A stretch of 63,882 nt of DNA, filler included, from Octopus bimaculoides (taxonomy: Eukaryota), in the NCBI RefSeq assembly GCF_001194135.2. It is 8 parts of 7 records of this genome, joined end to end, with 100 filler letters (N's around TTAATTAATTAA, not from the genome) between each part and the next. Parts side by side here need not be neighbours in the genome. Positions count along the whole stretch, not along the records: positions 39,655 to 51,694 come from NC_068998.1; positions 51,795 to 57,209 come from NW_026357257.1; 6 more parts are not named here. One strand, 5' to 3'. The notes under the pieces are model-generated. The model did not search any database and was not told the origin of the DNA. It was given only the letters and a program-made list of their open reading frames with translations. Both the position numbers and the translations under genes were made by a program. Shown here piece after piece: positions 40,088-52,611 of the stretch; position 1 is the stretch's first letter, and each line of letters opens with the position of its first letter.

Positions 40088-40936
40088 GTATAAGATTGGG
40101 TGGTGGGGGAAGGGGAGAGTTTTAGAATCAACAGAAGACGTTATTATATTTAGTGACATAAAGGGAGAATGGTAACGCCTGTAGACTAAGGTTCGCTTAT
40201 CATCTGAGTTCAATTCTGTCAAGATGCGAACCATGGTTGCGGGTTATTAAGGATTTTTGTGTCTCTGTGGATCTGTGAGGTAGGGTTCACCTAGGTGAGA
40301 ACCGTTGAGAACCGGGGTTTGTCAAATTTAGTGGCTTTATGAGACGCGGAGTCGCCCAGAAACAATATTTTAATAGTGTAAACGGTTCTGAAAGACGAAC
40401 TACACACTTCCTGGTTTAAGAAGTACATATGGTATACATATGGTACAATCTAATGTTTCTTTGTTTTTTTTTAGTTCACTACATCTATAATGTTAAGCTC
40501 ACATTCCGGTAAAGAGTGTGGAATGTTTAATTCAGCACATCGATGGTTCGAGTCCGTATCGCGAATTAATTACCAGCAAATAATTTTATTCAAAAACAGA
40601 TATCATACCTAAATGAGAAATTTCAGTGGTGCCATATAATAAATTGTCTAGTGAAATAGTGTTGGTGTATTTGGTTCAAAGAACAGACGTATCATGGATC
40701 GAAAGACAGTCAAGTTTATACAAAAACACAATCGAAACTGGCAGCGAGTTTGTGTCCTAGAAAGATATTACTAAAAAAATATAGTTTTCCCTGAAATCAT
40801 TAGAAAGTCAATACACTCACTCAAACTCATGTATGTNNNNNNNNNNNNNNNNNNNNNNNNNNNNNNNNNNNNNNNNNNNNNNNNNNNNNNNNNNNNNNNN
40901 NNNNNNNNNNNNNNNNNNNNNNNNNNNNNNNNNNNN

Positions 40937-41657
40937 TAGCTCACCTCCGCTGTTTACAACAGAACTTGAAATGAAGGTGTGAAGCGTGTGATCGTCGCAC
41001 TGACCACGACACGGCAAGTTTCGCGGAGACTCTGCATTAGAATTTTGTCAAAAGCTTGCCAATACCTACTCAGAGGCCTACGCAAAGTTTTCAAAATGTT
41101 TTGCATCGTTCTCAACGCAATCAAGGAGATCTTGTGCAACTGATACCCGAGTGTCTTCTTGGTCAGCCGAAAACAGTTTTGGCACAAACATGGCAGTCAC
41201 ACGTCTCATACTCAAATCTTCTGTGATAATGGACTGAACTGAGCCGTAACTAATCTGCACATCCTCTGATAACTCACGGATGGAGATTTTACGATTTCTT
41301 CTTACAGCTGCACGCAAATCCGCGATGTTTTACTCAGTTTTGCCAGTTGCGGGTCTTCCAGAACGTTCGTCGTTATCGACATTTTTTTCGGCCATCTTGG
41401 AAACATGTGAACCACTCGTACACATGGGTGCGGATCATTCACTATTCTGTATACACTTTCCGCGACTTCTTGCAGTCATCTGAGCAGGTATCGTTATGAC
41501 AACTTTCTCTGTAACGGTCAGTGCGACTATCACACCCTACACACCTTCCTTCCAAGCACTGCAGAGTTCAAGGTCAATCTATGTCAAGCAGCTTTACTCT
41601 AGTTGCTTTAACTTCGTTACTATGGCAACAGTCCAGATACTTATTGATTAAACCTCA
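40937..41657 (-). mobile_element. Mariner remnant: 5' TIR and N-terminal DNA-binding region
   Basis: THVYEWFTCFQDGRKNVDNDERSGRP...VRRNRKISIRELSEDVQISYGSVQSIITEDLSMRRVTAMFVPK, with stops. The minus strand begins TA|TGAGGTTTAATCAATAAGTATCTGGACT, a mariner-like TIR, with TA at 41658-41659. Confidence 0.85.
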
Positions 41658-41712
41658 TAAGTGTGTTTGTGTGTATGTGTGTGTTTGTGTGTGTATGTGC
41701 AAAGTAGCTTGT

Positions 41713-42090
41713 GGAGGCGAAATGGCCCAGTGGTTAAGGTAGTGGACTCGCGATCATAGGATCGCCGTTTCGATTCCAAGACCATGCGTTGTGAGTGTTT
41801 ATTGAGCGAAAACACCTAAAGCTCCACGAGACTCCGGCAGGGGATGGTGGTGAACCCTGCTGTAGTCTTTCACCACAACTTTCTCTCACTCTTACTTCCT
41901 GTTTCTGTTGTACCTGTAATTCAAAGGGTCAGCCTTGTCACACTGTGTCACGCTCAATATCCCCGAGAACTACGTTAAGGGTACAAGTGTGTGTGGATTG
42001 CTCAGCCACTTGTACGTTAATTTTACGAGCAAGTTGTTCCGTTGATGGGATGAACTGGAACCCCCGACGTCGTAAGCGACGGAGTGCGAA
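41713..42090 (+). mobile_element. tRNA-headed SINE-like element
   Basis: ggcgaaatggcccagtggttaagg (A box)...gtttcgattcc (B box), then about 300 bp of complex non-coding body. Single copy in this window. Confidence 0.6.
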
Positions 42091-42653
42091 CAACAATGCA
42101 AAGTAGCTAGTTGTCAAATCTCAACAAGAGGTGAGAGTAGTGACTATGCGAAGAAGTAAAGTTAATCACCACATCAATATGGCTGTTCAATGTTGCCACT
42201 GTTTTAACCCAGATAGATCTTTCACCAACTGGTTATTAGTGCAGCCAGCACCTTGAATATATTGCAAGCAGGGGAGAGAACTCCTACCACCCTCTAGCTG
42301 ACGACGGGATCGCGAGACCGAGCCGGTTTTGCGCTAGTTGTGCTGATCCTCAATCGCTTATATTTAAGCACTTATATTTATATATAAATGCATATATTCT
42401 TTTCTACTCAAGTTACAAGACCCGAAATTTTGTGGGAGAGAGTCAGTCGATGAGTTCGACCTCGATCCCAGTACGAAACTGGTACTTGATTTATGAACTC
42501 CGAAAGGATGAAAGGAAAATTTGGACACATAACATAAAGACAGACGAAATACCGCTAAGCATTTCGCCCGACGAACTAACGTTTCTGCCGACTCGCCGCT
42601 TTATAAATGTATATATTAAATGACCTGCCATTGATTACCGTATATAGATACAT

Positions 42654-42688
<35 letters not shown>

Positions 42689-43063
42689 GGTATGTATGTA
42701 ATGCATTCATGCACGTCTGTATGCATATGTATATGTATATGTATCCTGATACTATTCGGGCGATATCATATTTGCTTATTTAGAATAAAGTTTCTAGAAT
42801 ATTCTGACACAAGTGGGAAAACTCGTAACATAACGTTGACATATCTGTCTCAACAGAATACTTTATAGATTCGCTTTATTATTCAGATACAAGCGTAGAC
42901 ATAAACATGCTTACATATATAAATACATACCACCTCCATACCCCACGCCTCTCTTTCTCTGTCTGTTTGTCTGTCTGCTTGCCGGTCTGTCTGTTTGTCT
43001 TTATCCTCCTAATCTATCTATCTATCTATATCTATATCTATATATATATGTATATATATATAT

Positions 43064-43115
<52 letters not shown>

Positions 43116-43970
43116 NNNNNNNNNNNNNNNNNNNNNNNNNNNNNNNNNNNNNNNNNNNNNNNNNNNNNNNNNNNNNNNNNNNNNNNNNNNNNNNNNNNNN
43201 NNNNNNNNNNNNNNNNNNNNNNNNNNNNNNNNNNNNNNNNNNNNNNNNNNNNNNNNNNNNNNNNNNNNNNNNNNNNNNNNNNNNNNNNNNNNNNNNNNNN
43301 NNNNNNNNNNNNNNNNNNNNNNNNNNNNNNNNNNNNNNNNNNNNNNNNNNNNNNNNNNNNNNNNNNNNNNNNNNNNNNNNNNNNNNNNNNNNNNNNNNNN
43401 NNNNNNNNNNNNNNNNNNNNNNNNNNNNNNNNNNNNNNNNNNNNNNNNNNNNNNNNNNNNNNNNNNNNNNNNNNNNNNNNNNNNNNNNNNNNNNNNNNNN
43501 NNNNNNNNNNNNNNNNNNNNNNNNNNNNNNNNNNNNNNNNNNNNNNNNNNNNNNNNNNNNNNNNNNNNNNNNNNNNNNNNNNNNNNNNNNNNNNNNNNNN
43601 NNNNNNNNNNNNNNNNNNNNNNNNNNNNNNNNNNNNNNNNNNNNNNNNNNNNNNNNNNNNNNNNNNNNNNNNNNNNNNNNNNNNNNNNNNNNNNNNNNNN
43701 NNNNNNNNNNNNNNNNNNNNNNNNNNNNNNNNNNNNNNNNNNNNNNNNNNNNNNNNNNNNNNNNNNNNNNNNNNNNNNNNNNNNNNNNNNNNNNNNNNNN
43801 NNNNNNNNNNNNNNNNNNNNNNNNNNNNNNNNNNNNNNNNNNNNNNNNNNNNNNNNNNNNNNNNNNNNNNNNNNNNNNNNNNNNNNNNNNNNNNNNNNNN
43901 NNNNNNNNNNNNNNNNNNNNNNNNNNNNNNNNNNNNNNNNNNNNNNNNNNNNNNNNNNNNNNNNNNNNNN

Positions 43971-44037
<67 letters not shown>

Positions 44038-44482
44038 GTATGTACGTATATGTATATTGCGGTATGTCTGTTGAACTCATGAGTATTATTATAAAAGTTT
44101 TTCTAGTTAAGTACGTAAGTGCCCATTTAAGTACGAAGGAGTTGGTGTCTGTATGTATGTATGTATGTACGTATGTATGTAAATATGTATATATATATAT
44201 TTGTGTGTGTGTATGCATGTGAATATATTGTTGTATGTGTGTATATAAATGTATATGTGTACTCACATGAATGTGCATCTGTATATAGACGTGTATGTCT
44301 GTATACGCACGTATATTTTTATGTGCACTCATACACACACGAAGGCGCGTACGCACACATACACACGTGCACACAATCACATGGCTAATCTACATGCATG
44401 TGTAAGTATATCTGCACCTGCATACATACGTCATGTATGAATGAAGGCATATATATGTATATATGCTTGTGTATGTGCTTGA

Positions 44483-44514
<32 letters not shown>

Positions 44515-44702
44515 CCGTGTGTGTGTAAGTGAGAGAGAGACAGTGTGTGTATAAGTGTATGTGTGTGTGTGTGTTTGTGTTTGTGTTGATGCAACTGTAA
44601 GAAAGAGTGCGTGTCTGTTTAGTGATGATTCATAAGTAGATATGTAAGTTTATTCTTGTCTAGACAAGCCTTCATATAATCCATATACATATATATACAC
44701 AC

Positions 44703-44743
<41 letters not shown>

Positions 44744-45940
44744 TACCTATATATGCATAAATATATACATACAATTCATACACAGACAACATGTATGAAT
44801 AAATATATATGTACATATATATATATNNNNNNNNNNNNNNNNNNNNNNNNNNNNNNNNNNNNNNNNNNNNNNNNNNNNNNNNNNNNNNNNNNNNNNNNNN
44901 NNNNNNNNNNNNNNNNNNNNNNNNNNNNNNNNNNNNNNNNNNNNNNNNNNNNNNNNNNNNNNNNNNNNNNNNNNNNNNNNNNNNNNNNNNNNNNNNNNNN
45001 NNNNNNNNNNNNNNNNNNNNNNNNNNNNNNNNNNNNNNNNNNNNNNNNNNNNNNNNNNNNNNNNNNNNNNNNNNNNNNNNNNNNNNNNNNNNNNNNNNNN
45101 NNNNNNNNNNNNNNNNNNNNNNNNNNNNNNNNNNNNNNNNNNNNNNNNNNNNNNNNNNNNNNNNNNNNNNNNNNNNNNNNNNNNNNNNNNNNNNNNNNNN
45201 NNNNNNNNNNNNNNNNNNNNNNNNNNNNNNNNNNNNNNNNNNNNNNNNNNNNNNNNNNNNNNNNNNNNNNNNNNNNNNNNNNNNNNNNNNNNNNNNNNNN
45301 NNNNNNNNNNNNNNNNNNNNNNNNNNNNNNNNNNNNNNNNNNNNNNNNNNNNNNNNNNNNNNNNNNNNNNNNNNNNNNNNNNNNNNNNNNNNNNNNNNNN
45401 NNNNNNNNNNNNNNNNNNNNNNNNNNNNNNNNNNNNNNNNNNNNNNNNNNNNNNNNNNNNNNNNNNNNNNNNNNNNNNNNNNNNNNNNNNNNNNNNNNNN
45501 NNNNNNNNNNNNNNNNNNNNNNNNNNNNNNNNNNNNNNNNNNNNNNNNNNNNNNNNNNNNNNNNNNNNNNNNNNNNNNNNNNNNNNNNNNNNNNNNNNNN
45601 NNNNNNNNNNNNNNNNNNNNNNNNNNNNNNNNNNNNNNNNNNNNNNNNNNNNNNNNNNNNNNNNNNNNNNNNNNNNNNNNNNNNNNNNNNNNNNNNNNNN
45701 NNNNNNNNNNNNNCAATATCTGGCCTCTCACAATACCCTATAATGTTATTGCAAAAATATGTAATATGTAATCATACGCGTAGGAGTGGCTGTGTGGTAA
45801 GTAGCTTGTTACGAACCACATGGTTCCGGGTTCAGTCCCACTGCATGGCACCTTGGGCAAGTGTTTTCTACTATAGCCTCGGGCCGACTAAAGCCTTGTG
45901 AGTGGATTTGGTAGACGGAAGCTGAAAGAAGCCCGTCGTA

Positions 45941-46010
<70 letters not shown>

Positions 46011-48794
46011 CGTTTGTGTGTTTATGTTTGTCACCCAAATATCGCTTGACAACATTTTTTGTGTAATGAATAATCATATTATGTAATGTTCATTAAATAA
46101 ATTCTTGTTCGCTTCTCATTTATTTAATTTCTTCTTTCGCTGTGCACTCGAGTAATGCTGTCTTCTGGAGCATGTGTATATTGAATTTTTAGTTATTATC
46201 GCTGGTACGCCTAAGTGAATTATTGAAAAAAATATATATGTATAATTTTAAGTGTGTCTCCACAGAAGTTTTGTGGAATTTAGAGCTAACACTGAAAGTC
46301 AGGACTTTTCTTTTGTGAATAAGTCTATGTAAATAATGCGATCGAATATAGAAAAATAGAGAATGGGTGTATATGCTTATTTCGGGAGTTATTGTTCCTT
46401 TCTCAGTGTCACATACAACTTGTGAAGTATCCACGAATACATTGCTCATATAATCAAGAAGTTTGGTGGTGTAACATTATTGAATAGACCAATTTACATA
46501 TTAATTACTGGTAGGATCATCATATTTCATTTTGAAACCGTAATATTCTACTAAGTATACTAAAGGTTTATAAGTCAATACCGTATCCTCCTTCTGTGTC
46601 AACAGTGCGTTGGTTTCCGATTCTTGTTGAGCGATGAGGAAACTCAACGAGTGGAGCCGTGATTTCCTCTTTAATATCCGGGTGAATACTGGACTTTTCC
46701 CATGGTTGCTGAACCTGTCTGGTGAATATATTGATGCGCAAGATCAGGGACGGAATATTCATCTGCGAATCCAAAGCTTACTGTGGCTGGATTCTTGAAG
46801 AAGCTAACATCACGGCAATTTGACCACCTGTGTATTTAATACAAGCTTACAGATGAGAAGCATCACTGCAAATGAGACTGGCTCAATTTAATCTATTTGA
46901 TACAAGCATAGCGATGAGGAACATTATAGCATTTGTCTCAATTTGACCTTTTGGATATTTGATACGAGCTTCGCGAGGTGTAGCGTCAAGTAGTTTCATA
47001 TGATTGAGGTTGAAATCAAATGTATTAGAATTAAATCGTTTACTTAAATTTTCCTGTGTTCAGACACTGCAAGCTCAGCAGTTTGGAGGAGAGGTAGCAA
47101 ATCAACTACATTGACCCCAGTGCTTGAATGTTATTTTATTTTATCGACCGCCAAAGAATGACAAGTGATGTCAATCTAGGCTGGATTTAAACTCAAAACG
47201 TAATGAGTCGGAAGAAATGATGCTAAGCATTTTGTCCAACGTGCCAGCAATTCTGCCTGTTCGCTGCCTTTGAGATTATGTTGTAAAATAAAATATGAAT
47301 GAGATATTTTGTTGACCTGTGAGTAATACAACATACCCTCGAAGTAAAAACTAAAATCTTCTGCACTTTCTTTAATAATTTATACAGCCATAATTGGTTG
47401 AATTGCTAAGAGATTTGGTTCCGAGTGTTGCATTAGTTCTAAAGCGTAATGGAACTTCAGGTAAAATATATGAGAAAGAACGAGGCGTTAATTATAGAAA
47501 TATTTAGGAGAATGATTACCATCTTGGCATTGTTTTTGCAGTGGAAAATTAGGATTTAGTGATGGTAGGGGTTTAATTATTTGTGAGAAAGGAGACACTT
47601 ATTTGGAGAAGTTACTAAACAAGCCCAGTTGTTATTATTATTGTTTAATTAGATGCCAGTTAAGGAGAGAGTTTGAAGTACTGAGGGACAGGTTGAAGAA
47701 GATTATTTTCAATTTTTAGATATATGTTTGACAGAGAAGATATCTGTCATTGTCCAAAATGATATTCGCTGCCTGAGTAAGTGAATTAAACGTAGACAAC
47801 ATCAACTTTTTGATGTCAATTTTTCTCCTTACGACTATAAAATCATTGATCATGCTAGACGTATACCTCCCTGATATCATTGTTTGTAATATAGCACCCA
47901 CCACTCTTTGAAAAGTTGCTCGGATGACAGACCTCACCCCGTGAAAGGGGCATCCTTATAAATTGAAATAACCATTGATCAACTTGAAATACAGTGTATC
48001 TCTTATCGTTCTCATTTTCTCCACAACTAATTAGAAATTAGCCAGGGTCAAAGTTTGATTTATTGGAAAGAGATAAAACGTCTTTCTAAATATAAATTAA
48101 TAGCGGAAAATTTAATTCTCGTCGATACATAATAGTTATTTATTATACTACATTATCCATATAAACACAGACACACTCATAGATATACATACATGCCTAT
48201 ACTCATACATTACAAAGCCGTCTCTTATCGCCATTGCGGAATGGAAGCTGATAGTATGCTGCTTTCATATCCAGTTTGGTTTGTTGTAGAATTTATTGTT
48301 GGGAATAAAATACAACTCATGTGATCTTCAATATTAGGAAGTGGAAAGGCAACCAGAAAACAGCAACGAGTTATCGTTTGTGAAAAGTCAATAAAAATAA
48401 TGCGTTGTTTATCATTGCTTCTTAATGTTACAACTTGTACAGGCCATGGAGAGAGAAAGAGAGCTGAATAATGGGGACATCACCAAGAAGTCGTTTAGCG
48501 TCTTTCAAAAAGATTTCGTTATGCTCAGAATTTTCAAAGCATAGAATAAATTACCCACATCGGTTATTAGCTACCAGGACACTGTAACCTTCCAAAATTC
48601 CACGCTTCCTGATAATCGCAAACACCACTTTTGATATGCCTATGCACCGCTTCTGTTTCTAATGTTAAATTTTCTGAATTTTAGTGTTTTATTCTGTGTT
48701 CTATGTCTATGAGATCACATCCGGAATGAAGGATGTCGTAGCAGAATACCACCATGTTTTGCGTGGTGGTTTTCTGCGACAATGTCCTTCATTG

Positions 48795-48866
48795 GCTGGT
48801 CATGTCGCTGGTCGTGTCGCTGGTCGTGTCGCTGGTCGTGTCGCTGGTCATGTCGCTGGTCATGTC
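48795..48866. repeat. 12-bp tandem repeat, 6 copies of GCTGGTC(A/G)TGTC
   Basis: Read directly from the sequence. Confidence 0.97.
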
Positions 48867-49129
48867 GCAAGGTTCACAGACAATCGTGTGAACGGAGGAG
48901 ACCACTCGGAATATCTCCAATAAGGTGGGAAGCCGATTTAAGAAAGATATTTAGAACAACGTGGAGGAGAGTGACGAGAGCACGTGGGGAACGTAGCAGA
49001 TGCTGTGTCCGGCGGAGCCGAGTTGGCACCAGACACCCTGGCCGATCCAGGTAATCCAGGTGACTATGCCTGCGCTTTGGACAATTAATGCCGTCTTCCT
49101 ATACGTGATTTGATTCTGCTTTCCGCCCC

Positions 49130-49137
49130 TTTTTATA
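49130..49137 (-). promoter_or_regulatory. Candidate TATA box (TATAAAAA) followed by GGGGCGG; Inr-like TCACGT with its A at 49106
   Basis: Minus strand reads gggTATAAAAAggggcggaaagcagaatcaaatcAcgt; 31 nt from the first T of TATA to that A. Sits at the edge of a CpG-rich island. Sequence-only prediction. Confidence 0.35.
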
Positions 49138-49608
49138 CCCATTTCAGATGAGTTGTAAAGCACCTGAATACCATGTCCTATAAACTCATAACGAATATTT
49201 TATTAAACTTCATCATCCTTCGATGTGGTTGAACAACCAATCCCAAACGGTCGGGCTTCACGTATGTATGGGCTGTGCAATTCTTCTCTTCGATCACGGA
49301 ATACATAATGTGACTTGTGAGACCTTCGCTCGACTGATTTCGCCCTGTCAACGTCTTGTGCTTCTAAGGTAATCTGTCTCACGTTTACCCACCTACTGCT
49401 GAACGGACTGGAGCAAATGGAAATGAAGTATTTTGTTCAAGTACACAACGAGCAGCCGGTCTGGGAATTGAAACCGTGAACTCACGATCATGAGCGAAAC
49501 ACCCTAAAGCACTTAATCATCCGTGTCTGCCTGGCTTGCTAGCTATCTAGTTATCTATTTCTCTCTCTCTCTTCTCCCTCCACTTCTCTCTCTCTCTTCT
49601 CCCTCCAC

Positions 49609-49646
<38 letters not shown>

Positions 49647-50387
49647 TAAACACGCACACACACGCACTGTCTCTCTTTTTCCCTAGGTTTATCTAGCGAA
49701 CCCTGCGTCTGTCTCTTTATATATTTAAGTATCAAACTATACATACATGTATATATATANNNNNNNNNNNNNNNNNNNNNNNNNNNNNNNNNNNNNNNNN
49801 NNNNNNNNNNNNNNNNNNNNNNNNNNNNNNNNNNNNNNNNNNNNNNNNNNNNNNNNNNNNNNNNNNNNNNNNNNNNNNNNNNNNNNNNNNNNNNNNNNNN
49901 NNNNNNNNNNNNNNNNNNNNNNNNNNNNNNNNNNNNNNNNNNNNNNNNNNNNNNNNNNNNNNNNNNNNNNNNNNNNNNNNNNNNNNNNNNNNNNNNNNNN
50001 NNNNNNNNNNNNNNNNNNNNNNNNNNNNNNNNNNNNNNNNNNNNNNNNNNNNNNNNNNNNNNNNNNNNNNNNNNNNNNNNNNNNNNNNNNNNNNNNNNNN
50101 NNNNNNNNNNNNNNNNNNNNNNNNNNNNNNNNNNNNNNNNNNNNNNNNNNNNNNNNNNNNNNNNNNNNNNNNNNNNNNNNNNNNNNNNNNNNNNNNNNNN
50201 NNNNNNNNNNNNNNNNNNNNNNNNNNNNNNNNNNNNNNNNNNNNNNNNNNNNNNNNNNNNNNNNNNNNNNNNNNNNNNNNNNNNNNNNNNNNNNNNNNNN
50301 NNNNNNNNNNNNNNNNNNNNNNNNNNNNNNNNNNNNNNNNNNNNNNNNNNNNNNNNNNNNNNNNNNNNNNNNNNNNNNNNNNNNNNN

Positions 50388-50437
<50 letters not shown>

Positions 50438-51133
50438 GTATGTATATTTGTATGTATATTTGTGTGTATGTTTGTAAGTATGCACGTATGTATGTATATA
50501 ATTATTCTATACATTAAATAGCCGAAGTTAATAGTCTACGAAATAATCATGTTTAATATCAATAAGTCATGTCAGAACTTTGAACATTTAAACAGATACA
50601 GGAAATTTGAAGTCTAATGACATCACTCTGGACATGGTCATTTCAGGGCCAATCGATTTGACCTCTGACACACTTCATGTGAATAGCCACTAACCAGACG
50701 CTGAACCAGTGACTATTGTGGCAGATACGCTATTAACCAATCAACTTGGCCATTAGTAAGTCTCCTGCATACGTATTCTTACATATACATACGTACGTAC
50801 GCACACAAAGTCACACAATTATTATATATTTAAACACTCACTCACACAATTATTATATGTGCATCTGGTTTGTATGTGTGTATATATGTTTGTATGTATG
50901 TATGTATGGATGTATGTACCTACGTACGTACGTATCTACTCTTCCTATCAGTTCCTCTTTTCTAGGTTTCTATCTATCTATCTATCTATCTGTCTGTCTG
51001 TCTGTCTGTCTATGTATGTATATATATGTACAAACACACACACACATATATATATATGCATATATATATNNNNNNNNNNTATATATATGTATGTGTATAT
51101 ACATACATAAACACACACACACATATATGTATG

Positions 51134-51167
<34 letters not shown>

Positions 51168-51416
51168 GAGAGAGAGAGATAGATAGATAGATAGATAGAT
51201 ATAGAAATATATAAACATACACACACAATTACACACATATATGGAGAGACAAAATCAGAGACACACAGTCAAGGAAAAAAATAGAGAGAGAGGTAGAACA
51301 AACGCGTACGTATATCTGTGTACGTACATGTGTATGTACGTTTTATGTACACATACAAATGCTTGCGTACGGTTAGGTGTACGCACACACACACACACAG
51401 ATATACACACACATAT

Positions 51417-51460
<44 letters not shown>

Positions 51461-52115
51461 GACAGATATAAACAATTTTTTGTGGTCTAAGAAACAGCCA
51501 GTCATGTAACAACGTCTTGCCAAGAAACTCGAGACTTTCTAGATTTGACAGCTGAACTTGGACTTTTAAAAGTAACTCAGATGTTGATTTATGTGAGCGT
51601 CTTACATATGTACGCTCACACGTACATACATACATATTTGCATGTACATGCACATATATATATACACACGCACTTCTCTGTCTCTGTATGTATANNNNNN
51701 NNNNNNNNNNNNNNNNNNNNNNNNNNNNNNNNNNNNNNTTAATTAATTAANNNNNNNNNNNNNNNNNNNNNNNNNNNNNNNNNNNNNNNNNNNNACATAT
51801 CACACGCTCTGCTTTCTCCCTAACCTTTATTCATTGTAAAATAATAGCATTAATGCAGCAAAACAAAGACACAATCTGCAAAACAACTACTTTCCCGTTC
51901 GCTGTTCACACACCCATTATTTTTGCAGTTGTTTTATCAGATTCAAGTTAATAGAAATAAAGATTGTCTGGGTATGCAACGGCATATGTTTGCGTTGGCC
52001 AATTGTTGGTTCTGCCGATTTCCTTTTTTTTGTCTACACAAAGGTATTGTTCAGCAGGTATTGGCCAAGAAGTAAAATTCAAGAAAAGAAAATAATAATA
52101 ATAATAATAATAATA

Positions 52116-52205
<90 letters not shown>

Positions 52206-52313
52206 TCTTTATTGCCCACAGGGACATAGCGGGGACAAACAAGGACAGACAAAGGGATTAAGCCAATTACATCGACTCCAGTGATTAACTAATACTTATT
52301 TAATCGACCCCGA

Positions 52314-52371
<58 letters not shown>

Positions 52372-52611
52372 TCAGCAAAAAAATACCTTGGGCCCAAAAT
52401 TCTACCAGAACACCTGATGAAGGCCGAGACGTTGTGGTAACAACAAACAAGATGAGGACACGTATCCGTCTAATGTAAATAGTGTAATCTAAACAATATT
52501 GGTATATTAACAGAGTTTATACTGTATTTTGCTCTGATTGTTAATTCCTCGCTAATAACCCTGTTTTATATAATGATTCTACCATTAAACACTTTCGTTA
52601 TTTTATTTCAG

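Noticed and set aside
46189-46449. Minus-strand ORF resembling a GPCR tail
   Set aside because: No NPxxY or other motif, an in-frame stop just upstream and no good acceptor.
48684-49054. Plus-strand ORFs with (VAGR)n or (WSCR)n repeats
   Set aside because: A 12-bp stop-free repeat is open in several frames. There is no usable acceptor in the longest frame and no family resemblance.
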